Part shown: in pieces, positions 37,022 to 48,951 of the stretch
How positions within the stretch are numbered: position 1 is the stretch's first letter
Layout: each line of letters starts with the position of its first letter
NCBI RefSeq assembly: GCF_009914755.1
Contig: NC_060927.1
Origin: the human T2T-CHM13v2.0 reference genome, Homo sapiens
Direction: 5' to 3' (one strand)
DNA: 64,000 nt
The notes under the pieces: generated by a model
The model's database searches: none
The model's input: only the letters and a program-made list of their open reading frames with translations
What the model was told of the DNA's origin: nothing
Translations under genes and position numbers: made by a program

Positions 37022-38706
37022 TTTCTGCATCTATTGAGATAATCGTGTAGTTTTTGTCATTGGTTCTCTTTATGTGACGGATTACATTTATTGGTTTGTG
37101 TATTTTGAACCAGCCTTGCATCATAGGGATGAAGCTGACTTGATTGTGGTGGATAAGCTTTTTGATGTGCTACTGGATTTGGTTGGCCAGTATTTTATTA
37201 AGGATTTTCGCGTTGATGTTCATCAGGGATATTGGCCTGAAATTTTCTGTTTTTTGTTGTGTCTCTGCCAGGTTTTGATATCAGGACGATGCTGGCCTCA
37301 TAAAATGAGTTAGGGAGGAGTCCCTCTTTCTCTATTGTTTGGAATAATTTCAGAAGGAATGGTACCAGCTCCTCTTGTACCTCTAGTAGAATCCAGCTGT
37401 AAATCCATCTGGTCCTGGGCTTTTTTTGGTTGGTAGGCTATTAATTACTGCCTCAATTTCAGAACTTGATACTGGTCTGTTCAGGATTCGACTTCTTCCT
37501 GCTTTGGTCTTGGGAGAGTGTACGTGTCCAGGAATTTATCTATTTCTTCTAGATTTTCTAGTTTATTTGCATAGAGGTATTCTCGGATAGTAGTTTGTAT
37601 TTCTGTGGGATCAGTGGTCATATCCCCTTTGTCATTTTTTATTGTGTCTAATTGATTCTTCTCTCTTTTCTTCTTGATTAGTCTGCTAACAGTCTATCTA
37701 TTTTGACAATCTTTTCACAAAACCAGCTCCTGGATTCATTGACTTTTTTGAAGGGTTTTTCATGTCTCTATCTCCTTCAGTTCTTCTCTGATCTTAGTTA
37801 TTTCTTGTCTTCTGCTAGCTTTTGAATTTGTCTGCTCTTGCTTCTCTAGTTCTTTTAATTGTAATGTTAGGGTGATGATTTTAGATCTTTCCTGCATTCT
37901 CCTGTGAGCATGTAGTGCTATAAATTTCCCTCTAAACACTGCTTTAGATGTGTCCCAGAGATTCTGGTACATTGTGTCTTTGTTCTCATTGGTTTCAAAG
38001 AACTTATTTATTTCTGCCTTAATTTTGTTATTTACCCAGTAGTCATTCAGGAGCAGGTTGTTCAGTTTCCATGTAGTTGTGCAGTTTTGAGAGAGTCTCT
38101 TAATTCTGAGTTCTAATTTGATTGCACTGTGATCTGCGAGACTGTTTGTTATGATTTCCATTCTTTTGCCATTTGCTGAGGAGTGTTTTAAAGGCCTTCG
38201 ATAAAACTCAACACCCCTTTATTCCAAAATCAATGTGCAAAAATCACAAGCATTCCTATACACAAATAATAGACAAACAGGGAGCCAAATCATAAGTGCA
38301 TTCCCATTCACAGTTGCTAAAAAGAGAATAAAATACCTAGGAATACAACTTACAAGGGATGTGAAGGACCTCTTCGAAGAGAACCACAAATCCTTGCTCA
38401 AGGAAATAAGAGAGGACACAAACAATTGGAAGAATATTCCATGCTCATGGATGGGAAGAATCAATATCACGAAAATATAGAATCAATGCCATCCCCATCA
38501 AGCTACCATTGACTTTCTTCACAGAATTAGGAAAAACTACTTTAAATTTCTTATGGAACCAAAAAAGAGCCCATATAGCCAAGACACTCGTAAGCAAAAA
38601 CAACAAAGCTGGAGGCATCATGCTACCTTCAAACTGTACTACAAGGCTGCAGTAACCAAAACAGCATGGTACTGGTACCACAACAGACATATGGACCAAT
38701 GGAACA
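37022..38706 (+). mobile_element. 5'-inverted L1PA (PA7/8-like), 3' end missing
   Basis: Inverted ORF2 segment 37022-38190 (ORF 37760-38161, [16 protein letters not shown]); sense segment starts aaggccttcgataaaa at 38191, contiguous with ...gatgcagaaa; ends at caatggaaca. Confidence 0.85.
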
Positions 38707-38736
38707 TGGGGATTTACGATTTTAGTTACTTTCCTC

Positions 38737-40387
38737 ATGGTTGTCTGACAGCCACAAGTCTCCTTTAGCAGTGAGTATGCCATTCATATCATGAGATGTC
38801 CACACAGTAAGATCTCTTCCCTGTATTATTTTAACTGCTTCAGACACTAAGACTGCTACTGCCGCCACTACCTGTAAACAATGAGGCCAACCCTTTGCCA
38901 CTACATCAATTTCCTTACTCAGGTAGGCCATGGGTTGCAAGCTCGTCCTTTGGACCTGTGTAAGGACTCCTAGAGGTATTCCTGCTTTTTTCTGTGACAT
39001 ATAAAGAAGTCTTGCCTTGTTGGCAAGTTTAACACTGGGGCTTGGGTTAGGGCCTTCTTTAGGGCCTGGAAAGCTGCTTCTTCTGCTTCAGGTGTCCATC
39101 TTACTAAATGGGTATTGGCTTTCTGAGTTTTCTTAATCAGTGTATATAATGGTCTGGTTATTTTACCATACCTGGGAATCCATATTGGGCAGAAGCCTGT
39201 AATGCCAAGGAACCCTCTTAGTTGCTTTAGGGTTTTGGGATGAGCATAAGCCAGTATAGGCTGGATACGATCCTCACGGAGGGCCCTGGTGCCTTTGGGT
39301 AATTTTGGCCCTAAGTATTTAACCTGCTGTAAGCAGAGCTGAGCCTTTGGTTTGGAAACCTTGTAGCCACAGGTAGAGAGGAAATTTAAGAGCGCTTGGG
39401 TGGCTTGATGGCACAAGGTTTCTGAACAGGCGGCTAAAAGTAACTTAGCCCCGTACTGAAGGACAAGAGAGTCCAGGTATGAGAACTGGCTCAAGTCTTG
39501 GGATAATGCCTGGCCAAATAGATGGAGGCTATCCCTGACCCTTGGAGTAAAACCGTCCAGGTGAGTTGAGACGTTGGGTTTGAAGGATCTTCAAAGGTAA
39601 ACAAGAATTGAGAGTCAGGATGTACAGGGATGCAGAAAAAGGCATCTTTAAGGTTCAGGACTATAAACCACTCTGCTTCCTCTGCTATTTGGGAAAGCAG
39701 AGTACAAGGGTTAGGCATAGCTGGGTATAGAGGGACAATGGCCTCACTGATAATCCTGAGATCTTGCACTAACCTCCACTGTCCATTGGGTTTCTGTACT
39801 CCTAAAATTGGAGTATTGCAGGGGCTATTGCATGGTTTTACTAGGCCTTGGGCTTTTAGGTCCTTAATCTTTTGGAGTCCTTGTTGGGCCTCGGGTCTAA
39901 GGGGGTACTGCCTTTGGTAGGGAAAGGAGGCAGAATCCTTTAGTTCAACTTGAACAAGATGGGCATTCTTTGCTCGTCCATATTGTCCTCCTGTTGCCCA
40001 GACTTCAGGATTAATTCCTTCCTCAAGCAGGGGACAACAAATGGGTGTTCCTTCTCCTATGTTCAGGTGTATTATGGCCCCTGCTTTTGCTAGAATGCCT
40101 CTCCCTAACAAGGGAGTGGGGCTTTCAGGCATAATTAGAAAAGCATTTGAAAAGAGTAAAGTTCCCCAGTCACAACTTAGTGGCTGGGGGAAGTATCTAG
40201 TGACTGGCTGTCCTAGGACCCCTCAGATAGTGACAGATCTGGAGGACAGTTGTCCGGGACAGGAGAGTAAGACTGAGAAGGCCGCACCTGTGTCCAGGAG
40301 ACAGTTAACCTCCTGGCCCTCAATGGTCAAGCATACCCGGGGCTCTGTGAGGGTGACGGCATCGGCTGGCGCTTGCCCCGGGCACCC
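38737..40387 (-). pseudogene. pol: HERV-W pro-pol remnant (protease, RT, connection domain); frameshifted, RNase H and integrase deleted
   Basis: Protease LLDTGA motif encoded near 40280-40300; ORFs 39491-40132, 38970-39494 and 38722-39000 are consecutive gammaretrovirus-like RT pieces. Confidence 0.88.
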
Positions 40388-41844
40388 TCAGTCCTGCTGC
40401 TGGATCATCTGGTTAGTGGCTTCTGACTCAGAGGACTTTTGTCCCCTGGGGCAGTGGGCCTTCCAGTGACTCCCTTGACATAAGGGGCTTGGATGAGGGG
40501 GTGGCTTATTTCTACTTGGATAATCTTTTTTAAAGTGGCCTTGTAGACCGCACTGGAAGCAAGCCCTATTAGGCATTCAATTTGCCCAGCTTTTCCCTTT
40601 ACCAGGGCCTCCAAAGTCCACTTGCCTGAGGGCCATGACTAAAGCGGTGGCCTTTTTTTTTTTTATCCTGTTTGTCCTATTCCACCTGCTCCTCCTGATC
40701 TCTATTATAAAAAACCCAGGTTACCAAGTTCAACAGGGTTTCTAAGTTTTGCTCTGGGCGTAAGGCAGACTTTTGAAGTTTTTTAATGTCTGCAGCTGAC
40801 TGAGTGATAAACTTATCCTTTAAGATTAGTTGGCCTTCAATAGAATCAGGTGACAGAGAGGTATGCTTCCTCAATGCCTCCCTTAGTCTCTCCAGAAAGG
40901 CAGTAGGATTTTCTTCCTTGCCCTGTGTTATAGTGGACATCATTGAATAATTCATAGGCTTCTTCCTAGTTTTCCTTAGTCCTCCTAGCACGCAAGTTAG
41001 CAAATGTCTGCAGCACCAATCTCCATGTTCTGATTCTGTGTCTCAGTGAGGGTCTACACTGGCAACTGCCTGCTGGCCTGTGGGGAATCGTTCTCTTTCT
41101 TCTGTTGTCATCCTATCATTGACCTGACTGAGTGAGATACCAGAGATCGCCAAACTCTCAGGCTGCAGTTATGGCGACACTTCTCTCATTTGGGGTTAGT
41201 GTCTGATTTAGCAGTAACATTATATCTCTCCATGTCAGATCAAAGGATTGTCCTAACCCTTGTAAAACATCAATATAGCCATCAGGGTTATCTGAGAATT
41301 TACCTAGGTCTATTTTAATTTGCTTTAAGTTCGAGAGAGAAAAAGGTACATGCACTCTGGCTGGGCCAAATTCTCCTCTCTCACTGCTTGGAGGGGGCAT
41401 AATCGGGGAATATTGGCACTCTTTGGTTACCCCTTTGTCTATCTCTTTTTGGACCATTTGGGTTGAAGGGGGGTCCTTATTAGTTGGGGAAGGAGTTGGG
41501 GGGATGCTGGGGTAGGGAGGTAGACTCTGAGGGCTTCCTATAGGGCATAAATCACACTTTTTACATAATTGCGAGTTGTCTCTTAATGAAAAGAAAGTTT
41601 GTACATATGGCACTTCAATCCATTTGCCTTCTTTTCTACAAAAGAGGTCTAGCTGTAAGATGGTGTTATAATTTATACTTCCCTCAGGAGGCCGGGTTTC
41701 TCCCCCTTGAAGAGGATATCATGGCCAGGCGGTACTGCAGAAGAATATAAATCATTTCTTTCTTAGCCTGTGAGGGTCAAATTGATCCCAGTTCTCCAGA
41801 ATACATCTTAGGGGCGTTTTTGCCTTGGGGGGAACATTTCCCAT
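40388..41844 (-). pseudogene. gag: HERV-W gag remnant, frameshifted
   Basis: ATG at 41844; capsid-like ORFs 41158-41613 and 40677-41003 (QGKEENPTAFLERLREAL major homology region); zinc knuckle CFQCGLQGHFKKD in ORF 40388-40576. Confidence 0.88.
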
Positions 41845-42934
41845 CTGAAAAAAGAACATAGGGATGCCAGCACCCCTAGTCATTTTCCGATGAGCATTAG
41901 TACTAGAGCCCCCTCTGTGGTCCTAATGCTTATTCCTTTCCAGGGTGCGTAACCACCCATGGACCTCTGCTTATCAGATTAGTTATGCTCACCAATGTAG
42001 TAGTCCTGCACCTGTTTTTCCACCTTCCTTGACCACAAAGAAAGGGGTCTGGGCTGCTGGATTCTAGTGGTCCTTTACTAGTGTGCCCAACATTGCCTTT
42101 GTGCTCAGGGGTGAGTCCTAGAGCTGGACTGGGTTCCAGAGTATTTCATAACCCAGCTCCCCATCAAGATGCATTCCCATAAGCAACAGTTCTTATGCAA
42201 ATTCATTTCAGAGAGGATGTAGGTAACCTTTTGAGTCAGGATTGAGATAGTCTTTTTTGATTCTGTAAGTACTTTAAGGCTTGGCTGAGTGCAAACAGCT
42301 CCCACTTTTGAGGAGACCAATTATTAAGCAATTTTTCTAACTCTGCTTCCACAAGAGTCTCCTATCAATTACTGAATACCCATTGTGGTTTTTTCCTCAA
42401 CCACTTGGGAGGAACCATCTATCGTCCTGTCCTGAAGGGAGTTCCTCCTAGGTCTGGTCGGACCTTTGTATAGTAATTAAGATTTAAATCCCCTGTTAGG
42501 AAATCTGCTGGGTTAAGGGAATTATCAGTGGTTGGTGTTAAATTACCTTTTTCTAACAGAATAGCCCCATACTTTAAGATTTTTGAGTTAGTAAGCTATC
42601 TTTGTGCTTTTTTTGACTTAGAATAATTCTGAAGTGGTGAGGTGTGCTCACAATGAGGTTTCCTCTAAAAGTTACTTCTCTACTTTCTTCTGTTAGCAAA
42701 GCAGTTGCCACTACAGATTCAATGGATTTGGGCCATCCGTGGGTTACGGGGTTAAAGATTTTAATAGGAAGGCTACAGGTTGTCAGTGGTCTCAGTGTTT
42801 TCAGGCTATGCCGTTGTTTACATTGACAACAAGGTAGTATTGGAGTGTTACAGGGTCACGGAGAAGACCTCCAATTATCAATTATAGGTTTTAAGTTTAC
42901 CCTGGCTTTTAAAGGAATAGGGCACACTGGTTGT

Positions 42935-43070
42935 TTTGTTTTGTTTTGTTTTTTACTATTTCTATCTTTTTCTCTCTCTCTTCTCTGTCTCTCTCTCTCC
43001 TCCATCTCTCTCTCTGTCTCCTCCATCTCTCTCTCTCTCTCTCCTCCATCTCTCCCTCTCTCTCCTTCTC
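42935..43070. repeat. (TTTTG)n plus (CT)-rich low-complexity tract in the HERV-W leader
   Basis: Seen directly; AG-rich on the proviral sense strand. Confidence 0.85.
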
Positions 43071-43744
43071 TTAGCCATTACAGACTTGGGGCCCTGGCAA
43101 GGATGGTGGGGAACGGGTCCCACATAACTGCCCATGTCGAGAGCTGTACACCTAAATCGGGAGGGACACCAGGGATAAGACTCCCTGGGTTTATAGCCTA
43201 GATGCCTAAGGACACAGCATAGAGCTTCCTTAGATCCTTTGGAGATACAACTTGCTAGAGGAAATGAAAGTCTGAACCATTAGTACCTAGGAGGCAGGGA
43301 TCAGAGGAAGTCGATTCAGAGGTAAGGAGAATTTTGGGGCTACACTTTCAAGAAAGTCGTGTTTGGGACCCAGGAGGTACAGGTCAGAAGGAAAGGTAGG
43401 GGCGCACACATGGGCGACTATTGAGTAGAGACTTCTGGCTGCGCCATGATGTCAACCGGCTAATGCTGGGAGTTCAGGATGACAGCTTTCTGCCTCTAGT
43501 TGGCCGTCGGCTTCCCCAAGAAAATTGAAAGCGGAAGCTGGTTCTAGGCAGATGAATGCTCCCAACCCAGAAGGGCTGGGGGTTGTTGGAAAGCCCTTAA
43601 GACTCACACCTGAGTCTTAAGTCCAGCAGCCACGCTAATCGTTTTTAACTGGCTGAAGGGTGCCCGATATTTTCCTCCAATTCTAAGGAAGGATAGGACA
43701 GAATAGCAAGCAAAAGTGGTCAAATATTACTCACGGCTTTAGAG

Positions 43745-43762
43745 GTCCCTTCTTGGTCGCCA
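43745..43762 (-). promoter_or_regulatory. HERV-W primer-binding site (TGGCGACCAAGAAGGGAC)
   Basis: 18-mer beginning TGG, 3 nt downstream of the LTR end (...gtaaca); splice donor gtgagt follows at about 43729-43734. Confidence 0.85.
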
Positions 43763-43765
43763 AAA

Positions 43766-44292
43766 TGTTACCGGGGGGGTCCTTGCTCCCAGAGCTCCCA
43801 AGATGGTGGCGGGCTGCTTCCAAAATGGCGGTGGGCCACTTCCAAGATGGTGGCAAGCCTCGGGTTCTCTGATTTTGGGTTCTTGGCCTCACGGATTACA
43901 AGGAATGGAACCTTGGGCCACGCAGTGAGTGTTATAGCTCTATTAGAAGCCGTGGGTCACGGAAGAGAACCGTGGAACCCAGTGACTAGTGTTCAGCTCG
44001 ATTAGGATGAACCCAGGCACTTAGCCATGCAGGAACAATGGCAAGCCTTTAGCCCAATCGGGAGCGGCAATGGGCGCATCGCTGGATCAGGAGCACAGCG
44101 GACACCCTGCCGGATCCAGAGGGGTGGAAGTCAGCGGCGGTATGCGACGGCGGCAAACGGCAGTGGTGGACTTCGAGCAAAAGCTCAGCTCGAACCATAA
44201 CAAACACGGACCAGAAGAGAGTGCAGTTGCAAGATTTAATAGCCTGAAAACAGAGCTCCCATACAAAGGGAGGGGCCCCAAAGAGGGTAGCC
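43766..44292 (-). mobile_element. LTR17 R-U5 only (U3 absent)
   Basis: Begins ggctaccctctttgggg...tatgggagctctgttttc, ATTAAA signal, ends cccggtaaca; flank beyond 44292 is unrelated AT-rich DNA. Confidence 0.9.
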
Positions 44293-44524
44293 TGAAAAAT
44301 AATTTAAAAATATAATCAAATAAAAGAACCTGAAGTCTTGTAACCAAAGAACATAACATTTTCTAATAGGCAAAAATCATTTATTTTTATTTATAAGAAT
44401 AAAACAAATACAAATTTTTCTAACTTTTCTAAAATCAAATGCTTATCTACACTAAAAAAAATTTAATGTACCTAATACATATAGATGAAAAGATAGAGGT
44501 AATTTACATATATGTGTGTGTGTG

Positions 44525-44540
<16 letters not shown>

Positions 44541-44555
<15 letters not shown>

Positions 44556-44837
44556 AAACAGTCTCACTCTGTCACCCAGGCTGGAGTGCAGTGGCACAAT
44601 CTCGGGCTGCTCACTATAACCTCTGCCTCCCAGGTCCAAGCTATTCTCCTGCCTCAGCCTCCTGAGAAGCTGGGGTTACAGGCGCGTGCTACCACGCCCA
44701 GCTAATTTTTTGTATTTTTAGTAGAGTCGGGGTTTCACTGTGTTAGCCAGGATGGTCTTGATCTCCTGACCTCATGATCTGCCCGCCTTAGCCTCCCAAA
44801 GTGCTGGGATTACAGGCATGAGCCACCACGCCCAGCC
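44541..44837 (-). mobile_element. AluSc/Y-like with an adjacent (TG)n(TA)n microsatellite at 44508-44540
   Basis: gtgttagccaggatggtcttgatctcctgacctcatgatc; T tail merging into a dinucleotide repeat. Confidence 0.9.
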
Positions 44838-46401
44838 CATATATATTATTAAATCAGAGAAAGGAATGAGGAAGGAGCAATAGGTCTGTCCCTAAATCCT
44901 CTGAAGAGTTAATTTTATTATTTAATCGTTGTGTTGAAATGGTTGTGAATATTTTGAATCTAAGAATAAATTTTGCCTTTCTTTTCAAGTGTGTCTTTCA
45001 ATGAGTATCTTTGAATTCTTATTAAAAGAAAACATTTTAAACTCAGCAATTTGTAGTGTTTTAACATATTTTTGCCTTTAAAGTAATATTAATGCTATCA
45101 TAATATTTTCTTCTCATCATTCATTCAGAGGAATTTGAAATTTTTATTACTGGAAGGACAATGCTAAATAGAAGTCTTTTACATTCACATCTTATTAACT
45201 TAAATGTTAAAAGACAGGAAAAAAAGTGGTTTGGACAGATAAGATGACATGATTATATGTGGAATACTAGAATAGTTCTCTCTTAACAAACAAGTGAAAA
45301 TAAGTTTTTGCTCTCAAAGTCTGAAGTTGTAATTGTGTAAATGTAGGGGGGAATTGATAATTTCCTTTTTTTAATGAACTTTAAGAGGACTATTTTCATA
45401 TACAGTATTACATAAAGTCATTAACATTTAGAAACACAGAAATGTTACTGTTAGTTATAACCACACATGTCAAAGGTACAAAAAATATGAGAGAGCATCT
45501 ATAGCATGGTATGTAAAGGCTTGAATACTCGACCCCAAAAGGCCAGCAATAGCCACTTCCTAGTTGTAATCCATTGAGTAAAATAAGATAATAATAACAT
45601 CCACTGTGGAGGATTTTGGGGTGAAGATTAATTGACATAATATATGTAAAAACTAAAATGTTTGACACAAAGTAACTGCTCAAAAATATTAATCATCTTT
45701 ATATTTATTATATAACTATTATGTTTATTGATAAGCAGTTATTAAATTTGACTAATGAAATGCTAATATATCTTTCTTAACACACTCAAATCGAATAATG
45801 TTGATATGTCACTTTAAATTTGTCTTAATAGTGCAAAATCAACATTTGAGTTTGTGAGGCTGAAATTTTCTGCTATTTTTAAAAATGTATTAAACCACTC
45901 ATATGTATGTTTTTGTCAAAGAGTGAAAAAAATCCTATCTAATATTACTAATCTTGGATGTTTATTCCATTGAAAAAAATACATTCTGAAAAATGTTATA
46001 AAACATTAAGGCTTATCCTATCATCATAGAAAAGTAAAGTAAAATAAAGTATTTAGCCTTCAATTTTAAAGATTCTGAATCGTAAGTTTGACTATTTTCA
46101 GTGCCTCATTCACTTTGGCTGGCCTGCCTCCAATTTTCAGAGCATCCTAATTAATTATTATAATAACTTCTGTGAACTAAATGAACTTGAAAGACCAAAA
46201 GGTAGCTATATAGTTAATTAGAAAGGCAGAGGTCACTAGAATAAAGAGGCTCCAAGACATTGTATTTTATTGTATCTAAAAATGTATTTATCCTGTTAAA
46301 TTACTTCTTCATAACATTTATTTATGCATAAATTGAAACTCTCAAGTAAGAGGAAAGTCACATTTCAATTCTCCTGGCAGCTAGAATTCTTTTTTATATG
46401 C

Positions 46402-46691
46402 TTTTTTTTTTTAAGACAGGACCTCACTCTGTTGCCCAGGCTGGAGTGCAGTCGCATAGTCACAGCTCACTGCAACCTTGACCTCCTGGGCGCAAGCAGT
46501 CTTCCTGCCTCATCAGTCTCCCAAGTAGCTGGGACTACAGGCTCATACCAAAATAAGCTAATTTTGCTTATTTTTTGTAGAGAGGGTTCTGTCATGTTGC
46601 CCAGGCTGGTCTCCAACTCTGGGGTTCAAGTGATTTGCCCACCTTGGCCTCCCAGCTTTGGGACTCCAGGCATGAGCCATCGTGCCCAGTC
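46402..46691 (-). mobile_element. AluJ
   Basis: Diverged antisense dimer with J diagnostics. Confidence 0.88.
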
Positions 46692-47763
46692 TTTTTTATG
46701 TACTATTATTTTAATATTACTATTTGAGAACTATTCTGAGAAGACTTAATTTTTAATGTTATGCCATGTTTGTAGTACCAATAGCCATATTATAGAACCT
46801 TGCTTTAGGAGTACTGAATAAAGCACAATAACAACCCTCTTGAATCTGTTAAACACTAAAATCTTATTCAGCAGTATATTTATTTTCAGATCAGTTTCAT
46901 AAACCATCCTGTTGTAAACCAAATTGTGTATCTATTTATATTCTATCAATGTTTAGCTCTGCTTAGATTTTGGAAATGACTGTTTAAAAAAAAGTCTCAA
47001 ACTAGACTTGAATTTGACAAAGTGTGTATGTAAATTTGTTCTTCAAAGCCAAAAGAGTTTGTATATACACAGACAAACACACACACACACAATGATAGAA
47101 GTTAATTGTATTGCCAAGAAGAGCAAAGATCCTTTAGGGTAGTTTCTAACACTGTCTTACAAATAATTTCATTTTAACTACTTAGGCATTTATTAATTAC
47201 TTAAGTACTTCTACTTCTGGCAGCTCAGTCAGTTTCTAATAGCAGCAGCTTAAAAGTCTGACACTGCATATCTAGAAAAGGTCTTTGTAAGGTATAAATC
47301 ACAGCTTCCTCTACTCAGTCCTTAGAAGAGGACTCCTTCAGAAAGGCAGCCTCCTGTAAAGGAATACAAATTTCCTTCAAGTCTGATGTATGCGTTAGGG
47401 AAACAAGTGACATTGAGAAAGCAAACAGCTTAATAGCAGGTTATAAAGTTCAAAGAAAAGCCACAATTATCTCTCTTTTTTATTTCTTGAATCCAGAAGG
47501 GATGGCTGACAGTCTTTTTGTTTCTTATTGCCACTTTCAGATCTTTGCCTTCTTACCATGACTCCAAAATCCCCTCCCTCTTGAAACCCACACCGTCTCC
47601 TTTTACATCACCCTTCCTGTAACCACTCTAATTACCATCTACTGACCTAAATATCAGAGGCCATAGTTTTCAAGTAAGTCTTCATTTTCTTTCATTTTCT
47701 GTGATAGCCCTTGGGAATTCAAAACATAAGACAGTGTCACCTCACCGTTCCCAGTTTGAACAA

Positions 47764-48220
47764 TGTCTTGGTCTACTTTACGTTGCTAGAAAGGAGTATC
47801 TAAGGCTTGGCAACCTATAAAGGAAAGAGGTTTATTTAACTGATGGTTCTGCAGGCTGGACGAGAAGCATGGGCTGGTATCTGCTCAGCTTCTGATGAGG
47901 GCTTTTGTGCTACCTCAAAACACAGCAGAGAAAGTCAAAGGGGAAGCAGGCATCTATGAGGAGGAACCAAACTTGAGGCACACCCTACCTTTGTAACAGT
48001 CTTCTCTCCCAGGAACTAATTCATTCCCTTGAGAACCAATGTACTCTTGCAAAAGCAAGAACTCTTTCACTACTTCAAGAATGGCACCAAGCAATTTATA
48101 AGAGATCTGCCCACATGACCCAAACACATCCCACTGGGCCCCACCTCCCAATACTGCCAAACTGAAAATAAAATTTCAACATGAGATTTGGTGTAAACAA
48201 ACAATATGCAAACCATAGCA
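47764..48220 (-). mobile_element. MST (MSTB-like) MaLR solo LTR
   Basis: TG...CA termini, aaaggaaagaggtttattt...ggttctgcaggctg motif; 5-bp TSD aacaa at 47759-47763 and 48221-48225. Confidence 0.85.
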
Positions 48221-48464
48221 AACAACTTTTGTATATATTCTATTTTATCCTCTCACAAGTTCTGCCTTGGACTTCCTTATTACATCAGTCTAATCCATTG
48301 AAAACTTAATTCCAAAATCTGGTACTCTAAAACCATCTTTTCTTTTTTTCTTTCAACCCTTCATTCATACATAACCACGTCTTGACTCCTTCTGGTCCTT
48401 CAGTTGATCAGGATGCCCTGATGTTATTTTTTTACAGATTTATCTTAGACCTCAATAATGATAG

Positions 48465-48951
48465 TGTCAACTTAAAAAAAAAAAGGGAGGAGTAAAGAGA
48501 ATTATTTCTAAATATATTGAGTTTACCTGAGAATAAAAAGAATGATTATAATCTGGAATAATACATGGAATGGCAAGTCATCAGTGCATTTGGTATGGGA
48601 AGAGGAAAGGGGAGCTTTTACTGCAAACAAAACAAAATGTATATATGCTGCTTAGAAACAGAGTTCATTGGTTTCAGAGGTTCGAAGTCAGAGTTGTTGT
48701 CAATTCATTGGTGGAAATGTCATTACTGGTCAAGTGTTCTTTAAGAACACTGTCTGAATTAATACAGTCCTAAATAATGTCTAGTGATAAGCCTTATCAA
48801 AGCAGGAAATGCATTAAGGGTATTTAGACAGTCCTTGGAAACAAGTTCTTATCTCAGATATAAATGCATCTCCTCTCCTTCTGTCCTTCCTGGCCCTATT
48901 TTGTCTGGGTCTAACAAAAGTGATTTCATCCTGGTATCTGCAACTTTCACA
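48465..48951 (-). mobile_element. ERV1-class solo LTR (MER4-group/MER67-like)
   Basis: TG...CA termini (tgtcaacttaaaaaa ... ctgcaactttcaca), imperfect 4-bp TSD atag/ttag. Confidence 0.6.

Larger units (their letters stand above)
38705..44292 (-). mobile_element. HERV-W (HERV17/LTR17) element, processed-pseudogene type: R-U5, PBS, long leader, gag, pro, partial pol, truncated at the env ATG
   Basis: LTR17 R-U5, PBS, gag start MGNVPPKAKTPLRCILENWDQFDP, RT motifs (WRLVQDLRII, LKDAFFCIPVHPDSQFLF), and the pre-env sequence gaggaaagtaactaaaatcgtaaatccccATG as recalled for HERV-W env. Confidence 0.92.

Noticed and set aside
38445-38783. 112-aa ORF spanning the HERV-W/L1 junction as a chimeric protein
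   Set aside because: Mostly antisense L1 and an off-frame pol piece; U3 promoter and env splice acceptor are missing, so expression is unsupported
38737-41844. Initial reading as HERV9/LTR12
   Set aside because: The LTR R-U5 and pre-env sequences match HERV-W/LTR17 instead
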